Source of the DNA: Calditrichaceae bacterium
GTDB lineage: Bacteria > Calditrichota > Calditrichia > Calditrichales > JBFXGD01
Length of the DNA: 64,000 nucleotides
Assembly: GCA_050173015.1 (NCBI GenBank)
Contig: JBFXLE010000001.1
Coordinates: 192,001 to 256,000 of the forward strand
Direction: 5' to 3'
Both the position numbers and the translations under genes were made by a program. Position 1 is the stretch's first letter; every line of letters starts with the position of its first letter. This document shows positions 61,601 through 64,000 of this stretch, piece by piece. The notes beneath the pieces are model-generated. The model was not told the DNA's origin and searched no databases. It saw nothing but the letters and a program-made list of their open reading frames with translations.

Positions 61601-63121
61601 ATGACAGGTATCGCTTCAAAAGATTTAATTGTTGCGGGGTGGATATTCATTCTCTGCTATATGGGCGTTATTCTTTTCTTTGTTATCCGTGGCGCGATGA
61701 AAATTAAGACAATTTCGGATTACGCGGTAGGTAATATCGCTTTCTCGCCGGTAGCAGTCGGTCTGGCATTGGCGGCATCTATGACCAGCGCCGCGACTTT
61801 TATCATCAATCCCGGGTTCATCGCTCTATACGGCATCAGCGCGGTAATATCCTACGCGTTTGTTCTTCCCGCCGCTGCCATGGTTTCCCTTGTCATCTTG
61901 ACAAAAGGGTTTCGTAAACACGGCAGTACGGTCAAAGCGTTAAGTCTGGCGCAATGGATTGGCAGCCGCTACAAGAGTTCGGGCTACGGATTGTTTTTTG
62001 GTTTTCTGTCTCTGCTGCTTATTACTTTTATCGTCCTTATTGTTGTGGGACTGACAAAGGTCTTGTCTAAAACACTGGATGTCACCGAATTATATATCCT
62101 TATCGGAATTGTGGTTTTTATTTTTGGGTATATGATGTTCGGCGGCGCGAATTCAATGGTTTACACAAACACCGTTCAGGCCATCCTGATGCTGATTGTC
62201 GCGTTCATACTGCTGGGATCGGGTTATGAACATTTTAGTAACGGGGTTCAGGGATTTCTTGATAAATTGAGCTCGATCGATTCCAAAATGATACAAATGA
62301 CCAATGACAGCAGCTTTCTTTTCAGAGATTATTTTGAAATATTTTTCGCGCAGATCGTTGTCGGTGTCGCCATTGTCTGCCAGCCGCATATTATCACAAA
62401 ATCGTTACTGCTGAAAACGGACAAAGATGTGAACCGCTATCTTGTAGTCGGCATCATCACCGAAATTATATTCTTTTTAGTGGTCATCACCGGCCTTTAC
62501 GCGCGTATCGCTTTCCCGGATTTAAGCGTAAACGGCGCTCCGCTAAAGATGGATGGAATCATGTCCGCTTATGTGGTTAGCGAATTTCCTGTCTATGTCG
62601 GTCTGATTGTGGTTTTGGGATTAATCTCCGCTGGAATTTCAACCCTGGAAGGACTGATTCAGGCGCTGGGCACGACGATCACATCTGATATTATCAAACC
62701 TTTGTTTGGGAAATACTATCCCGCAAATGAATCAAAAAAATCATTTTTTGAAGTTTCCATTAACCGGGTCGCGATCGTAATTCTCGGTATTGTCTCTGCA
62801 TATATCTCCTATGATCAGTTAATCAATCCGAAATTGAGCGTCGCTATCTTTGCCCAGAACGGGGTCTATGCCTATTTCGCCGCCGCCTTTGTACCTATTT
62901 TGTTTGGCATGTTTTTAAAGGATGTTCCCAAAGCGGCTCCAATCGCGGCATCGGTAACCGCAATCGTTGTTCATTTTACGATGTACTATGGAAAAATAGC
63001 GGTGCCATTGAGCAAATCAAGCGGAGAGAATCCGGGAGTCGCGGCGGCTGTCGCGATCGTTTGCTCTGTGATCGTCGGTTATTTGGTTTTTATCGCTTTT
63101 AGGAGAAAAAGCCATGATTAA
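61601..63121 (+). CDS. Sodium:solute symporter (SSS family)
   Basis: DYAVG, SAATF, YTNTVQ, QPHI, SAGISTL; many TMs. Confidence 0.85.
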   Translation: MTGIASKDLIVAGWIFILCYMGVILFFVIRGAMKIKTISDYAVGNIAFSPVAVGLALAASMTSAATFIINPGFIALYGISAVISYAFVLPAAAMVSLVILTKGFRKHGSTVKALSLAQWIGSRYKSSGYGLFFGFLSLLLITFIVLIVVGLTKVLSKTLDVTELYILIGIVVFIFGYMMFGGANSMVYTNTVQAILMLIVAFILLGSGYEHFSNGVQGFLDKLSSIDSKMIQMTNDSSFLFRDYFEIFFAQIVVGVAIVCQPHIITKSLLLKTDKDVNRYLVVGIITEIIFFLVVITGLYARIAFPDLSVNGAPLKMDGIMSAYVVSEFPVYVGLIVVLGLISAGISTLEGLIQALGTTITSDIIKPLFGKYYPANESKKSFFEVSINRVAIVILGIVSAYISYDQLINPKLSVAIFAQNGVYAYFAAAFVPILFGMFLKDVPKAAPIAASVTAIVVHFTMYYGKIAVPLSKSSGENPGVAAAVAIVCSVIVGYLVFIAFRRKSHD

Positions 63122-64000
63122 TGCTGGATTTGACTGGTTAAAAAAATGGGCTCTCTATACACCTAAGAGAATGGCGCTGCGTGAACATGACCGTGATTTG
63201 CAATGGACATATTTTGAGTTTAACAATCGTGTCAACGCCCTCGCGCAATATCTTATTGATGATTTAAAGATAAAAAAAGGCGATAGAATTGCCGTTTACT
63301 CAAAAAACCGGGCTGAATATGTTTTTATGTTTTACGCCTGTGTCAAGACAGGCGCGATTCTTGTGCCTCTTAATTTCAGACTGACGCCGGTTGAACTGGA
63401 TGTCCTGATTTCAGATGCCGAACCAAAAGTATTTATCTATGAAAGTGAATTCAAAGATCAGGTTTCGCTGCTAAAATCGCTGGAGCCCATAAAAATTAAG
63501 TCTGAGATGAACACAATTACTCCGTTTCTAACGGAAAATATGGCGTTGGATCATGTAAATCCGGAACGTCCCATTACCGAAGATGATCTGGTTATGATCT
63601 TATATACGGCGGGTACAACAGGATTGCCAAAAGGCGCGATGATCAATCATCGGATGTTGTTCTGGAATTCCATCAACACTTCCCTGAGACTGGATCTGAA
63701 TTCACTGGATCATACCCAGAGTTTCGCTCCGTTTTTTCATACAGGCGGTTGGAATGTGCTGCTGACGCCTTTTATTCACCACGGCGCGTCGCATACCCTG
63801 CTTTCCGGATTTGACGCCGATGAGATTCTAACATTGATGGAAAAAGAAAAATCGACCATATTGTTTGGTGTTCCAACCATGCTTCGGATGATGTCCGATT
63901 CACCACTCTTTGATAAAGTGGATCTTTCGGGTGTCCGGTACGCCATCGTCGGCGGCGCCCCGATGCCCATCCCGTTAATCAATCGTTGGCACGCAAAAGG
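63114..64000 (+). CDS. AMP-dependent acyl-CoA synthetase (3' truncated; absent from the ORF track)
   Basis: My translation from ATG 63114 (AGGAG RBS): MINAGFDWLKKW...GDRIAV...VPLNFRL...LYTAGTTGLPKG...PFFHTGG...VPTM...GGAPMP; open to the window end. Confidence 0.92.
   Translation, partial: MINAGFDWLKKWALYTPKRMALREHDRDLQWTYFEFNNRVNALAQYLIDDLKIKKGDRIAVYSKNRAEYVFMFYACVKTGAILVPLNFRLTPVELDVLISDAEPKVFIYESEFKDQVSLLKSLEPIKIKSEMNTITPFLTENMALDHVNPERPITEDDLVMILYTAGTTGLPKGAMINHRMLFWNSINTSLRLDLNSLDHTQSFAPFFHTGGWNVLLTPFIHHGASHTLLSGFDADEILTLMEKEKSTILFGVPTMLRMMSDSPLFDKVDLSGVRYAIVGGAPMPIPLINRWHAK

Noticed and set aside
893-63982. Numerous 60-140 aa ORFs antisense to or nested in long genes
   Set aside because: Shadow ORFs overlapping well-supported CDSs with no recognisable motifs

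Overview
Bacterial chromosomal window; protein families and a QNYPNPFN-type secretion C-terminal domain suggest an FCB-group/Calditrichota-like organism (inference). About 50 CDS are supported. The main blocks are: (i) an ablA-symporter-ablB cluster for the osmolyte N-epsilon-acetyl-beta-lysine; (ii) a ~21 kb, largely AT-rich Wzx/Wzy surface-polysaccharide locus with WecE/WecF-like genes, a GNAT-MaoC fusion and a sulfotransferase; (iii) directly behind it, a non-coding ~1.06 kb tandem array of nine ~119-bp units, each an imperfect palindrome; (iv) housekeeping genes (addB/addA, mgtE, rsmA, tatD, metG); (v) the start of a GbsR/MarR-regulated operon containing a FabH-like protein that lacks the His/Asn catalytic residues. 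No rRNA, tRNA, transposase, integrase or cas gene was recognised. All calls come from reading motifs by eye; no database searches were run.
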